This document shows, piece by piece, positions 49,671 through 59,564 of a DNA stretch of 64,000 nt. The notes below the pieces were generated by a model that was not told the DNA's origin, ran no database searches, and was given only the letters and a program-made list of their open reading frames with translations. Source of the stretch: an uncultured Planctomycetota bacterium (GTDB lineage Bacteria > Planctomycetota > Planctomycetia > Isosphaerales > Isosphaeraceae); the NCBI GenBank assembly GCA_963823665.1, contig CAWGMQ010000004.1, forward strand, positions 1,088,001 through 1,152,000. The letters are read 5' to 3'. Position 1 is the first letter of the stretch; the number at the start of each line of letters is the position of its first letter. The translations under genes were made by a program, and so were the position numbers.

Positions 49671-51947
49671 ATGAGTGTGCAGCAGGGTGCGGCGTTTGTC
49701 GGAATGAACGATCAGCGGGCTTCGACCGGCAAGGGGTCGCGGTTCAACGCGGTTAAACATGGGCTCACGGCGAAGACGCCGGTTTTGCCGGGGGAGGATC
49801 CGGCGGAGCTTCAGGCGAAGATCGATGAGTACACAAGGAGTCATCAGGTTCGAAATCAAGCCGAGGCCGATCTGGCCAAGCTGGCGGCGATGGCTTGCTG
49901 GCGAGCCGAGCGTGCTAACCGTCTCGAAGTTAATCGCGTGACGGGCGACATCGTGCGGCGATCGCGGGCGCATGCGGCTCAGGAGACGCTGGCGGCAGAG
50001 GGGCTCGGCGACCGCTTGCTCTTTGACCGCAGGGGACCGTCGCAACTTTATCCGTCGCGGGACTACGAGCACAAGGAGCCGCGGACCTCCGATTCGGGGG
50101 TTGCCGATGACCCGGATAAGCCGCGCAGGCTGGTCATCCAGCTTGAAGCGACGCGCGCCGGCCGACGCTGGCTGCTGGACCGCTTGGACGAGGTGAGGAA
50201 GCCGATTGATTCGGGAGAGGGCTGGCTCTCCTGTCAGAAACTCAAGGCCATCCGGTTGCTGGGCAAGCAGCCGCTCGACGCGCTCTTTGATCGAGAGGCC
50301 GCCTTGGTGTTCCTTGCGAGCCATGCCATCAGGCCGGCCTTCAAGTCCGCCTTCCGCGAGCTACGGTGCGAGATCCACTATGATCGGGTCAAGTTTCATG
50401 AGGGACAGCTCTCGCGCCCGGAGCTACGCTCGCTCACGCCGGCGAATGCGGCGGCTGGACGGGCCGTGCTGCTGGCGATCATTGACCAGGCGATTGAGCG
50501 GCTGTGGAGGCTCGAAGCCGAGCACGGGGAAGGCGACGAGATTCTCGAGATGGTCGAAACTAACGCTGTGAGCGATGCTGAGGCCAAGAACGTCGGGCAG
50601 ATTCAGCGTCATCTTGAGAGCTCCAACCGGCTGGTGATTCGGAACCTCGAGACCATCAAGAGATGGCACCGCTGGGAGGACGACGGGTGGGGGAAGGCCC
50701 GGCGGGAGCGAGAGAAGCTGAGAGAGCAAGCACGACGCGGCCATATGCACGATCTGCGGTTTGTGCTCGACGAGCGTGGGACGGTTCGCGATGCCCAGGG
50801 CTATGATGGCGACCTCGAGGCGGGACTGGCTCGCTGGAAGGCGGAGCGTGGGCGGCAACCTTGTGAGGATCCGTATGACCGTGCGGCTGGCGCCGGCGGC
50901 GAGAGCTATACACGTGGCATCCCGAGTGATGTGAGCGCGAAGCCTGAACAGTGGCGGAGCCAGGGCCAGGCGGAAGCTAGCACCGATCGGCCGCGCGATT
51001 CGGCCGCGAGGGATGGCAACGATCAGGAGGGGCCCGGGGCGACGCAGGCGGTTGAGGCGACGGATGACGGAGCGTTGAATCAGGACGCCGTGGCCGCGGC
51101 GGAAAGCCGGGATGGGGCCACGGATTTGGGACAGGCTGGGCTGAACGATTTCGTTCCCTTAACCCTTACGGGACAAGAGCCCGCGACGAATATACAAAAC
51201 GAAATCGACGGGTTGGAAATGGATGGCGATGGGGGCGAGAAGGGGGCGGGTGATCGCGTGGGTGGTGCGGACGATCTGGGTGCATGTGAGTCGGCGGGAA
51301 CTGATCTCGGGGACGACGGGGGGCAAGAGGAGACCTGCGGTCGGGGGGACGGCGGGGTCGGAGACCCGCGCCGAACTGCTACGCACGCGGACGACGGGGG
51401 GCAAGAGGAGACCTGCGGTCGGGGGGACGGCGGGGTCGGAGACCCGCGCCGAACTGCTACGCACGCGGACGGCGGGGGGCAAGAGGAGACCTGCGGTCGG
51501 GGGGACGGCGGGGTCAGAGTCCCGCGACGAACGGTGAGCGAATTCGTTCCCTTAACCCTTATAGGACAAGAGCCCGCGACGAATATACAAAACGAAATCG
51601 TGGGCGAGCAACCAAGACACTTAGTGGGCGACCGGCCGATCGAGAATTTGGAGGCCGGGGAACAGGAAGGCGGCGAGACGGGCTGTCAGAAGGAGGTCGA
51701 GGGAGATGATCTACGGGCGCCTTTGCCTGAGGAGGGTTGTGTTGTGCCGCCTCGGGCGCCGAAGCCGGTTTCCAAGCGGGAGAGACGACGGCGCCGTCGT
51801 GAGATGGCGAGGAAGGAGCATGAGCGCCGGCGCGGGGTGATACAGAAAGGACCCGATGTTTCGGTGGACGAGATGCTCGACGGCGTCGAGCGGAAGTTGC
51901 CGAACTCGGTCGCGTTTCTTCGGAAGCACATGCCGCGGTCGCCGTGA
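49671..51947 (+). CDS. Hypothetical protein with N-terminal SRFNAVKHGLTA motif and repeat-rich acidic C-terminal half
   Basis: 758-aa uninterrupted ORF with internal 26-aa and ~19-aa repeats. Confidence 0.65.
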   Translation: MSVQQGAAFVGMNDQRASTGKGSRFNAVKHGLTAKTPVLPGEDPAELQAKIDEYTRSHQVRNQAEADLAKLAAMACWRAERANRLEVNRVTGDIVRRSRAHAAQETLAAEGLGDRLLFDRRGPSQLYPSRDYEHKEPRTSDSGVADDPDKPRRLVIQLEATRAGRRWLLDRLDEVRKPIDSGEGWLSCQKLKAIRLLGKQPLDALFDREAALVFLASHAIRPAFKSAFRELRCEIHYDRVKFHEGQLSRPELRSLTPANAAAGRAVLLAIIDQAIERLWRLEAEHGEGDEILEMVETNAVSDAEAKNVGQIQRHLESSNRLVIRNLETIKRWHRWEDDGWGKARREREKLREQARRGHMHDLRFVLDERGTVRDAQGYDGDLEAGLARWKAERGRQPCEDPYDRAAGAGGESYTRGIPSDVSAKPEQWRSQGQAEASTDRPRDSAARDGNDQEGPGATQAVEATDDGALNQDAVAAAESRDGATDLGQAGLNDFVPLTLTGQEPATNIQNEIDGLEMDGDGGEKGAGDRVGGADDLGACESAGTDLGDDGGQEETCGRGDGGVGDPRRTATHADDGGQEETCGRGDGGVGDPRRTATHADGGGQEETCGRGDGGVRVPRRTVSEFVPLTLIGQEPATNIQNEIVGEQPRHLVGDRPIENLEAGEQEGGETGCQKEVEGDDLRAPLPEEGCVVPPRAPKPVSKRERRRRRREMARKEHERRRGVIQKGPDVSVDEMLDGVERKLPNSVAFLRKHMPRSP
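51311..51532 (+). repeat. About three tandem 78-bp REP-derived repeats, in-frame within the CDS
   Basis: Units start at 51311, 51389 and 51467, encoding DDGGQEETCGRGDGGVGDPRRTATHA. Confidence 0.85.
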
Positions 51948-52149
51948 TTCGTTCGCGCGTGCGAGGCCCATGCGGACTTGAGGCTTTAGCGGCGGGAGCT
52001 TCGGTCAGCAGGACGCACTTTCGAGGAGCGAAAGACCCCCGGATGTTGCGGGGGATTCTTAATCCCAGATTTGCGGTACTCCAGGCGACGATGGGCTGGC
52101 ACGAATTGTCGTGTGCTTCCGAGGATTCTCACCGGAAGTGGGCGGAATC

Positions 52150-52171
52150 GTCAGGCTGAAGCCTGACCTAC
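52150..52171 (-). repeat. GTAG-type REP element
   Basis: GTCAGGCTGAAGCCTGACCTAC just downstream of mutM. Confidence 0.7.
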
Positions 52172-52190
52172 TTTTTTCGATGCGGAGCGT

Positions 52191-53027
52191 TCATGGCGGG
52201 GTCTGGCAGTGGGCGCAGAAGTATGTGGGACGGCCGATCAGGCCTGCGATCCGGGTCTTTGTGATGGGCTGCGAGCATCTGCGGCATGGCTGACTCTCGC
52301 GGCCGTAAACCGAATTCTGGGCGAGGAAACCCCCTTCAAGACCAAGCACCGTGCGATAACCTGCGTCGAAACTTGATCCCTCGAGCGCGATTGCGGTGGC
52401 CAGTATCTCACCGATGGCCTGGTGCAACCGGCCCAATTCGCGCGAGGTGAGGGTATGAGCGCCCCGCTCGGGATGAATCTTTGAGTGATGCAACACCTCG
52501 TCCGCATAAATGTTGCCGATGCCCGCGAGCACCTTCTGGTCCATGAGCGCGGGCTTGATGCCGCGGGCGGTGCGCGAGAGCCGCTGCGCGAGCTCATGGC
52601 GGGTGATCTCCAGGGCGTCCGGGCCGTGCGAGCGGGCGAATGCGACAGAGGCTTCGGCAGCATCCGGGTACCAGCCAATTCTGCCCAGGCGCCGCGTGTC
52701 GCAATACCAGACCATGGCACCTGGCTTCTCCACGTGGAATACCAGGCGGATATGGTCTGGTCGAAGAGGCTCGCGGAGCCAAAAGCCTCCCGTCATCCTT
52801 GGCTGGATGACGATAGTTCCCCGATGTCCGGCCAGGGTCACGACGACCCACTTCCCGCGCCGCACCACGTCGACCACCGTCGCACCCCGACCGAATCGCG
52901 CGAGCTCGTCTGCGGAGCAACCGTGAACGAGTGACGCGTCAAGGACCTCGAGCCGGCGCAGACGACGTCCCTCGAGCGCGGGCCGCAGCCCGCGGACCAT
53001 CGTCTCCACCTCTGGTAACTCAGGCAT
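52191..53027 (-). CDS. mutM: Formamidopyrimidine-DNA glycosylase
   Basis: MPELPEVE, RRGKW, AGIGNIYADE and C-terminal zinc finger. Confidence 0.95.
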   Translation of the reverse strand: MPELPEVETMVRGLRPALEGRRLRRLEVLDASLVHGCSADELARFGRGATVVDVVRRGKWVVVTLAGHRGTIVIQPRMTGGFWLREPLRPDHIRLVFHVEKPGAMVWYCDTRRLGRIGWYPDAAEASVAFARSHGPDALEITRHELAQRLSRTARGIKPALMDQKVLAGIGNIYADEVLHHSKIHPERGAHTLTSRELGRLHQAIGEILATAIALEGSSFDAGYRTVLGLEGGFLAQNSVYGRESQPCRRCSQPITKTRIAGLIGRPTYFCAHCQTPP

Positions 53028-53210
53028 GGTGAGTCCCTCCCTCAGATTCACTCTGATCCTACCCAACGAATTGCACCACCCGCCACAATCCGCACGAAAA
53101 CCACCAGATTCTTTCATAATCCATCATTATCGTTGAAGTTTCTTGACAGATTGAGATGGATAGTGGAGACTAATGGTGGAATTCCGGAAGGTTTTCGCGC
53201 AAAGGGATGT

Positions 53211-54038
53211 ATGCTCGCTGAGACTCGCCGACGCCGATTGCTGGAAATGATCACACAGCAGGGGTATGCGACCCTGGAAGAGCTGGTGCGCGGGCTTGCC
53301 GTTTCGGAGAGCACGATTCGTCGTGATCTCGAGGCGCTGGACGTTGCGGGGTCGATCAAGCGCACGCATGGTGGGGCGATCTGCGCGGGTGAGGTGCGAT
53401 CGATGCCGGCCTTTGATGACCGCACGGGCACGGCGGCCGCGGAGAAGCGGGCGATCGGCCTGGCGGCGGCGGCTTTGATCGAAGACGGGGACACGGTGCT
53501 TTTGGACGGGGGCACCACGACGCTCGAGGTGGCTCGGGCCCTGGTCGGACGGCGGGTTCAGGTGGTGACGAACAGCTTGCCGATCGCGCAGCTTCTGGCG
53601 TCGAACCAGCAGACCGAGCTGATCTTGATCGGCGGATATGTTTATCCGCGCACGGGTGTGGCGCTGGGACCGCTGGCGATCGCCACGATGGCGACAATCC
53701 GGGTCCGGCTGGCCGTGCTGGGGGCAGGTGGAATCATGCCCGAGGGCATCTACAACTCGAATTCGCTGCTGGTCGAGACCGAGCGGCAGATGATGTCGTG
53801 CGGTCAGGAGATCATGATCGTCGCCGACCACACCAAGTTTGGCCGGCTGGCGCTGGCGCGGTTGTGCAACCTGGAAGAGGTCAATCAGTTCGTGGTGGAC
53901 TCGGGCGCGAGTGAAGAGAACCGCGCGCTGCTGGAACGGACCGGCGCGGCGGTTCACCTGGCACCGGTTGTGGAAAGCCGCAGCAATGGGGCCGTGCACG
54001 AGCCGGAGAGAGCCGAGGAGTCGAGGACGCTTGCATGA
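53211..54038 (+). CDS. DeoR/GlpR family regulator of the microcompartment locus
   Basis: VSESTIRRDL, RTHGGA, LDGGTT, VTNSL and ADHTKF motifs. Confidence 0.93.
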   Translation: MLAETRRRRLLEMITQQGYATLEELVRGLAVSESTIRRDLEALDVAGSIKRTHGGAICAGEVRSMPAFDDRTGTAAAEKRAIGLAAAALIEDGDTVLLDGGTTTLEVARALVGRRVQVVTNSLPIAQLLASNQQTELILIGGYVYPRTGVALGPLAIATMATIRVRLAVLGAGGIMPEGIYNSNSLLVETERQMMSCGQEIMIVADHTKFGRLALARLCNLEEVNQFVVDSGASEENRALLERTGAAVHLAPVVESRSNGAVHEPERAEESRTLA

Positions 54039-54727
54039 GCACCGCCGTAATGCCTAGTCGCGAGCAGGTTGAATCTGTCGTGCGGAACATCCTGCGTAAG
54101 CAGGCGATGTCGCATCCGGGCGCGAACGGCCGGGCAGGCGGCACCGGCCTAGCGCCCAAGCTGGTAGTGAACATCTCGGCACGGCATTGCCATTTGACTC
54201 AAGCAGACGTTGATGTCTTATTCGGACCCGGATACCAGTTGACGGTGATGCGACGGCTTTACCAGGACACGGACTTCGCGGCGAACGAGACGGTGGCGGT
54301 GGTCGGCCCGAGGCAGAGGATGATCCCGGGTGTGCGGATCCTTGGCCCGTGCCGGAAATTCAGCCAGGTTGAGCTGGCGTTCACGGATGCGATCAGCCTG
54401 GGAATCGACGTGCCGGTGCGTCTCTCCGGCGACACTCTCGGCACGCCGGGCGCACTCTTGATCGGCCCGAAGGGAAGCCTGGTGCTCTCGCAGGGGGTGA
54501 TCCGAGCGGAACGGCACGTTCACATGGGCGCGGCCGACTCGGAGTTTTACGGGGTCAAGCACCTGGACCGCATGAACATGCATGTCGAGGGGCCGTGTCC
54601 GACCACGCTCCAGGGCCTGCTGGTGCGCACCAATCCCGACTGGAAGCTGGAGGTTCATATCGACACGGATGAAGCCAATTGCTGTGACTTGCCGCATGCA
54701 AGCCGGGTGACACTCTCCAAGGCCTGA
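54035..54727 (+). CDS. pduL: PduL-type phosphate propanoyltransferase
   Basis: SARHCHL, RAERHVHM and HIDTDEAN motifs; N-terminal encapsulation-peptide-like helix. Confidence 0.93.
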   Translation: MSTAVMPSREQVESVVRNILRKQAMSHPGANGRAGGTGLAPKLVVNISARHCHLTQADVDVLFGPGYQLTVMRRLYQDTDFAANETVAVVGPRQRMIPGVRILGPCRKFSQVELAFTDAISLGIDVPVRLSGDTLGTPGALLIGPKGSLVLSQGVIRAERHVHMGAADSEFYGVKHLDRMNMHVEGPCPTTLQGLLVRTNPDWKLEVHIDTDEANCCDLPHASRVTLSKA

Positions 54728-54813
54728 AACAACCCCGGGCGGGCCGATTTTGCCATAGCGCGTTTCGTTTTGATCGAACCTGAGCCGACCCGATTGAAGA
54801 AGGAGGGGCTTTC

Positions 54814-55152
54814 ATGGCCTCATCAGCACACGAAGCACTGGGAATGATTGAAACCAAGGGGTTTGTTGCCCTGGTTGAAGCCAGCGACGCGATGGTCAAA
54901 GCGGCCAACGTGGAGCTGGTTGGCTGGGAGAAGATCGGCAGCGGGCTGGTGACAGCCTTCGTGGCCGGCGACGTGGCGGCCGTGAAGGCGGCCGTCGATG
55001 CGGGAGCCGCGGCCGCAAGCCGCATCGGCGAGGTTGTGAGCGTGCAGGTGATTCCTCGGCCGCATGAAGACCTGGGCGGCGTGCTCAATTTCGCCAAGGC
55101 GGCCGGGGCCGCGGCGACTTCTTCCAAGAACCCCAAGAGCGACGGAGCCTGA
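54814..55152 (+). CDS. BMC hexamer shell protein (BMC-H) 1
   Basis: [34 protein letters not shown]. Confidence 0.95.
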   Translation: MASSAHEALGMIETKGFVALVEASDAMVKAANVELVGWEKIGSGLVTAFVAGDVAAVKAAVDAGAAAASRIGEVVSVQVIPRPHEDLGGVLNFAKAAGAAATSSKNPKSDGA

Positions 55153-55156
55153 CACC

Positions 55157-55486
55157 ATGGCCACAGTTCAGCGAGCGGCGAGCGGGCGGGTTAGCGGCAA
55201 CGGCAGCACCGGCAACGGCGATGCCCTGGGATTGATCGAGACCAAGGGGTTGGTCGGCGTCATCGAGGCGACCGACGCGATGCTCAAGGCGGCCAACGTG
55301 CAGCTCGCGGGGCGAGTGCAGGTGGGCGGTGCCTTTGTCACCACACTGGTCAAGGGCGATGTCGGCAGCGTGCGGGCGGCCGTCGAGGCCGGCGCAGAGG
55401 CCGCCGGGAGAGTGGGCGAGCTGGTGAGCGCGCACGTGATTCCTCGTCCGGATGAATCGGTCACGCGCCTGTTCCTGGGATCTTGA
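55157..55486 (+). CDS. BMC-H shell protein 2
   Basis: ALGLIETKG..DAMLKAANV..GDVGSVRAAV..HVIPRP. Confidence 0.95.
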   Translation: MATVQRAASGRVSGNGSTGNGDALGLIETKGLVGVIEATDAMLKAANVQLAGRVQVGGAFVTTLVKGDVGSVRAAVEAGAEAAGRVGELVSAHVIPRPDESVTRLFLGS

Positions 55487-55571
55487 AAAAGGCCGCGGGC
55501 GACGTGCTCGCCGGGTGAGAAGGGGCACACACAACAGAGCCCAGGGCAACACCCTGGGGGAGTGCACATTC

Positions 55572-55859
55572 ATGAACGGGAATGCGTTGGGCCTGGTGGA
55601 AACGCTCGGCCTGGTCGGGTTAATCAGCGCGGTGGACGCGATGCTCAAGGCTGCGAGCGTCGAGGTGGCGAGCACCGTCATCAAGCTTGACGGCGGAGTG
55701 GTGAGCGTGATGGTTCGGGGGGACGTGAGCAGCGTGCGAGCGGCCGTCGAGGCCGGCGCCGACGCGGCCGGCCGGATCGGCGAGCTGCGTGCAGCGCACG
55801 TCATTCCGCGGCCAGATCCGGCGGTCGTCCGTACCTTTGGCGGAGGAGAGTCGCGTTGA
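55572..55859 (+). CDS. BMC-H shell protein 3
   Basis: ALGLVETLG..DAMLKAASV..GDVSSVRAAV..HVIPRP. Confidence 0.93.
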   Translation: MNGNALGLVETLGLVGLISAVDAMLKAASVEVASTVIKLDGGVVSVMVRGDVSSVRAAVEAGADAAGRIGELRAAHVIPRPDPAVVRTFGGGESR

Positions 55860-57058
55860 AGGTTCTGGTCGCCAATCTGGGGAGCACGAGCTTCAAGTAC
55901 CGGCTGTTCGACCTGAGCGATCCGGCCGAGCCGGTGCTGGCGCGTGGGGGGATCGAGCGCATCGGGTCGGCGAGCGCGAAGGTCGCGGTGCGGTCGGCCA
56001 GAGGCGAGCGCGAGCTAGTCTGCAAGATCGCCGACCACGGCGAGGCCGTGCAGCTCTGCCTCGACCAGTTGACCGATCCGGAGATCGGCGTGCTGCATGA
56101 TGCGGGCGAGGTCGCGGCGATCGGCTTCAAGGCGGTGCACGCGCGAGGGCTCACCGGAGTGCATCTGGTCGACGACACCGTGCTGGCCGCGATGGAGGCT
56201 TTCGCGCAGGTGGCACCGGCGCATAATCCGCCGTACATCAAAGCGATGCGCATGCTCGGCGAGCGGTTCCCGCATCTGCCACTGGTGGCCGCGTTTGAAA
56301 CCGGTTTTCATCGGACGATCCCTGAAGCGAGCCAACGTTATGCGATTCCGGAGGAATGGGCGACCAAGCTGGGAATTCGCCGCTGGGGATTCCACGGCGC
56401 GAGCCATCGCTATATCGCCGGGCGCATGGCCGAGCTCGTCGGCCGAAACGACATCAAACTGATCTCGTGCCATCTTGGCGGGAGCTCGTCGCTGTGTGCC
56501 ATACGCAACGGCGAGTCGATCGCGAGCAGTCTGGGCATGAGCCCGCAGTCGGGACTGCCACACAACAACCGGGTGGGGGATTTTGACGTCTTCGCCCTAC
56601 CGGTGATCCTGCAAGAGACGGGCAAGACGCTCGAACAAGTGCTCGAGATCCTGGCGAACAAATCGGGGCTCGAAGGGCTCTCGTGCGCGGGCTGCGATCT
56701 CCGCGATATCGAGGCCGCCGCCGCGGCGGGAGATGCGAGGGCGAAGCTTGCGATCGACGTCTTCATCGCGTCGATCCGGCATTACCTGGGTGCATTCCTG
56801 CTCGAGCTCGGCGGCGCCGATGCGATTGTCTTCACCGGCGGGATCGGCGAGAACTCGTCGGCGATTCGCGCGGGTGTCTGCCGTGAGCTGGGATGGTTCG
56901 GGATCGAGCTGGATCCGGCCGCGAACGCCGGCGGAGCCGCCGAGCGACAGGTTTCGGCGCCTGGCTCGCGAGTGCAGTTGTGGTGCGTGCCGACCAACGA
57001 GGAGATCGTGGTCGCGCGGCAGGCGAAGCAGTTGCTCGAGCAGTCAAACAAGAGATGA
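55856..57058 (+). CDS. ackA: Acetate/propionate kinase
   Basis: NLGSTSFK, GFHGASH, CHLGGSSS, FTGGIGEN and PTNEE motifs; TTG start. Confidence 0.93.
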   Translation: MKVLVANLGSTSFKYRLFDLSDPAEPVLARGGIERIGSASAKVAVRSARGERELVCKIADHGEAVQLCLDQLTDPEIGVLHDAGEVAAIGFKAVHARGLTGVHLVDDTVLAAMEAFAQVAPAHNPPYIKAMRMLGERFPHLPLVAAFETGFHRTIPEASQRYAIPEEWATKLGIRRWGFHGASHRYIAGRMAELVGRNDIKLISCHLGGSSSLCAIRNGESIASSLGMSPQSGLPHNNRVGDFDVFALPVILQETGKTLEQVLEILANKSGLEGLSCAGCDLRDIEAAAAAGDARAKLAIDVFIASIRHYLGAFLLELGGADAIVFTGGIGENSSAIRAGVCRELGWFGIELDPAANAGGAAERQVSAPGSRVQLWCVPTNEEIVVARQAKQLLEQSNKR

Positions 57059-57065
57059 GGTCGCG

Positions 57066-57389
57066 ATGTTCCTGGCCCGAGTAACCGGCAGTGTGGTGGC
57101 GACTCAGAAGGTCGCCTCGATGACCGGGCAAAAGCTGCTCACCGTCGAACCCTATCGGGTTGACGAGAAGGGGCGCGATCGCCTGGTACCGACCGGGCGG
57201 ACGTTTGTGGCCGTCGACACGCTGGGCGCCGGTCTCGACGAAATGGTCTTGATCTGCCAGGGGTCGAGTGCCCGCTTGACCCCGGAAACCGAGAAGCTGC
57301 CCATCGACGCGGTCGTGATCGGACTCGTCGACACCGTCGACGTGGGCGGCCAGGTCGTCTTTGCGTCTCACGGAGGAACACGTCCGTGA
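57066..57389 (+). CDS. BMC pentamer (EutN/CcmL family) 1
   Basis: MFLARVTGSVVATQK..VAVDTLGAG..GSSAR..PIDAVVIGLVD. Confidence 0.95.
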   Translation: MFLARVTGSVVATQKVASMTGQKLLTVEPYRVDEKGRDRLVPTGRTFVAVDTLGAGLDEMVLICQGSSARLTPETEKLPIDAVVIGLVDTVDVGGQVVFASHGGTRP

Positions 57390-57513
57390 GTGATGCGACT
57401 TTGATCTCTTCTATTCTTTTCGCTTTTCGAGAACGAGCCCGGTTATCAAGAGTCGTGCGCCATCGAGGATTTCAAACCGACCGGCCAACCTTAAAAGCAA
57501 GAGTGGTGCCGCC

Positions 57514-58939
57514 ATGCAAATGACTGAAGATCTGATCCGCAACGTGGTCCAGGAGGTCCTCTCCCAGATGGGAAGCGGGGCTGCCTTCACCAATGGCAAG
57601 GCCCCATCCGGTGTTTCCGGGAACCTGGGCGTCTTTTCAAGCGTGGACGACGCTGTGCGAGCGGCCGAGGCCGCCTTTCAAGCGTTCCAGGGCCGGCCGG
57701 TGGCCGATCGCGCCAAGGCTGTCGAGTGCATCAGGAGCATCTGCGTCAACCAGGCTGAAGAGCTGGGACGGCTGGAGCTGGAGGAAACCAAGATCGGCCG
57801 GCTGGACCACAAGATTGCCAAGCTGCGCAACGCGATCGCGGTGGTGCCGGGGGTCGAATACCTTCGCACGGACAATGATTCGGGAGACGACGGACTGACG
57901 CTCACGGATTACGTGCCGTTCGGCGTGATCGGTGCGATCACGCCGGTGACGCACAGTCTGCCCACGCTGGCGGGCAACGCGATCAACATGCTTGCCTCAG
58001 GCAATACCGTTGTCTTCAACGCCCATCCTTCCGGCGCGGATCGCGGCCGAAGGGCTGCGCCGATTCAACAAGGCGATCCGCGACGCGATCGGGATTGAAA
58101 ACTTGCTCACGATCATTGACCCGCCCACGATCGAGTCGGCCGCCGCGCTCTTCGACCACAAGGCGGTGCGGCTGCTGGTTGTCACGGGCGGGCCGGCGGT
58201 GGCGCGGGCGGCACTGGCGAGCAAGAAGCGGGCGATCGTGGCGGGGCCGGGCAATCCGCCCGTGGTCGTGGACGCGACCGCTTGCCTGGAAAATACGGCG
58301 CGGTCGATCGTCACCGGCGGCGCATTCGACAACAACTTGCTGTGCATCGGTGAGAAGCAGGTCTTCGCCGTGGCCCAGGTGTTTGACTCTCTGATGGAAG
58401 TGATGACGCGGCACGGCGGCGTGCGGCTGTCGGCTTCGCAGGTTGACGCGCTGACACAGGCGGCCGTTCAGAAGGGATCGGACGGAGCGCTCCACATCAA
58501 CAAGGACTTGATCGGTAAGGATCCGGCGGTGCTGGCGCAGCACGCCGGGCTGAAGGTGCCTGCTGGCACGCAGCTTCTTTACGCCGAAACGGGTGCCGAG
58601 CATCCGTTCGTGCACCTCGAGCAGATGATGCCGTTCGTGCCGTTCGTGCGGGTTTCCAACGTCGAGCGTGCGATCGCGCTTGCCAAGGAGAGTGAGCATG
58701 GTTTCGGGCATACGGCGGTGCTGCACTCGCGCGACACGTCGGTGATGTCGCGGATGGGCAAGACGATGGACTGCACGATTTTTGTGATTAACGGGCCATC
58801 CACGGCCGGGCTGGGATTGGGTGGTGAAGGTGTGCTCTCGTTTTCGATTGCCGGCCCGACCGGCGAGGGTGTGACGACGCCGCTGACGTTTTGCCGCCAG
58901 CGCCGGACGAGTGTGATCGGCGGCATGCGATTCGTTTGA
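57514..58939 (+). CDS. BMC-associated acylating aldehyde dehydrogenase (EutE/PduP-like; frameshift near 58035)
   Basis: PFGVIGAITPVT, VTGGP, GPGNPP, FDNNLLCIGEK, EQMMP and GPTGEG motifs; N-terminal encapsulation peptide. Confidence 0.92.
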
Positions 58940-58974
58940 TTGGAAGCAAGAAACTTGACGAAGGACCAATGTTC

Positions 58975-59254
58975 ATGCAGCTCGGTCTGGTGATCGGAAC
59001 CGCGACGGCCACGGTGAAACATCCGACGTTTCAGGGGGAGCGGCTGCTGGTGGTGCAGCTCGAGACGCCCTCGGGGCGGCCCGACGGTGAGCCGATCCTG
59101 GCGTTTGACCGGCTGGGGGCGGGCCGGGGAGTCGCGGGTGCTGGTTACCAACGACGGCCGCGCCTTGCAGGAGTTGCTCGGCGCCACGACGCCCGGGCGC
59201 TGGAGCGTGATAGGTCTGCCTGATGAGGGTTCACAGATGGGGGCCGGGCGATGA
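58975..59254 (+). CDS. BMC pentamer (EutN/CcmL) 2 (frameshift near 59130)
   Basis: MQLGLVIGTATATVKH..DRLGAG, continuing in a shifted frame as RVLVTNDG..PGRWSVIGLPD to TGA at 59254. Confidence 0.85.
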
Positions 59255-59547
59255 GGATCGCGGAGGTAATCGGACGAGTGACTCTCTCACGGGCGAATGC
59301 CCGGCTCAAGGGCGGGCGGCTGCTGCTTGCGTTGCCGATGCCGCTGCAGGCTCTGGTGGAATCGGCGCCGGACCGGGGTGAGGAACTGGTCGTCTACGAC
59401 ATTCTGGGGGCCGGTGCCGGCAGTTTGATTGGCGTAAGCGAGGGGCGTGAGGCTGCAAACCCGTTTGGAAAAATCAAGACGCCGGTTGATGCTTACTGTG
59501 CGTGTTTGATCGATCAATTGGACCTGAATCGTCAGGCTAAAGCCTGA
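59251..59547 (+). CDS. BMC pentamer (EutN/CcmL) 3
   Basis: MRIAEVIGRVTLS..YDILGAG..SEGREAANPF..PVDAY. Confidence 0.9.
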   Translation: MRIAEVIGRVTLSRANARLKGGRLLLALPMPLQALVESAPDRGEELVVYDILGAGAGSLIGVSEGREAANPFGKIKTPVDAYCACLIDQLDLNRQAKA

Positions 59548-59564
59548 CCTACTGAGAGGAACAC

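Noticed and set aside
53075..53200. TTGACA at 53143 and weak periodic motifs as DeoR promoter/operator
   Set aside because: Plausible, but no convincing -10 box or clear repeat consensus could be defined.
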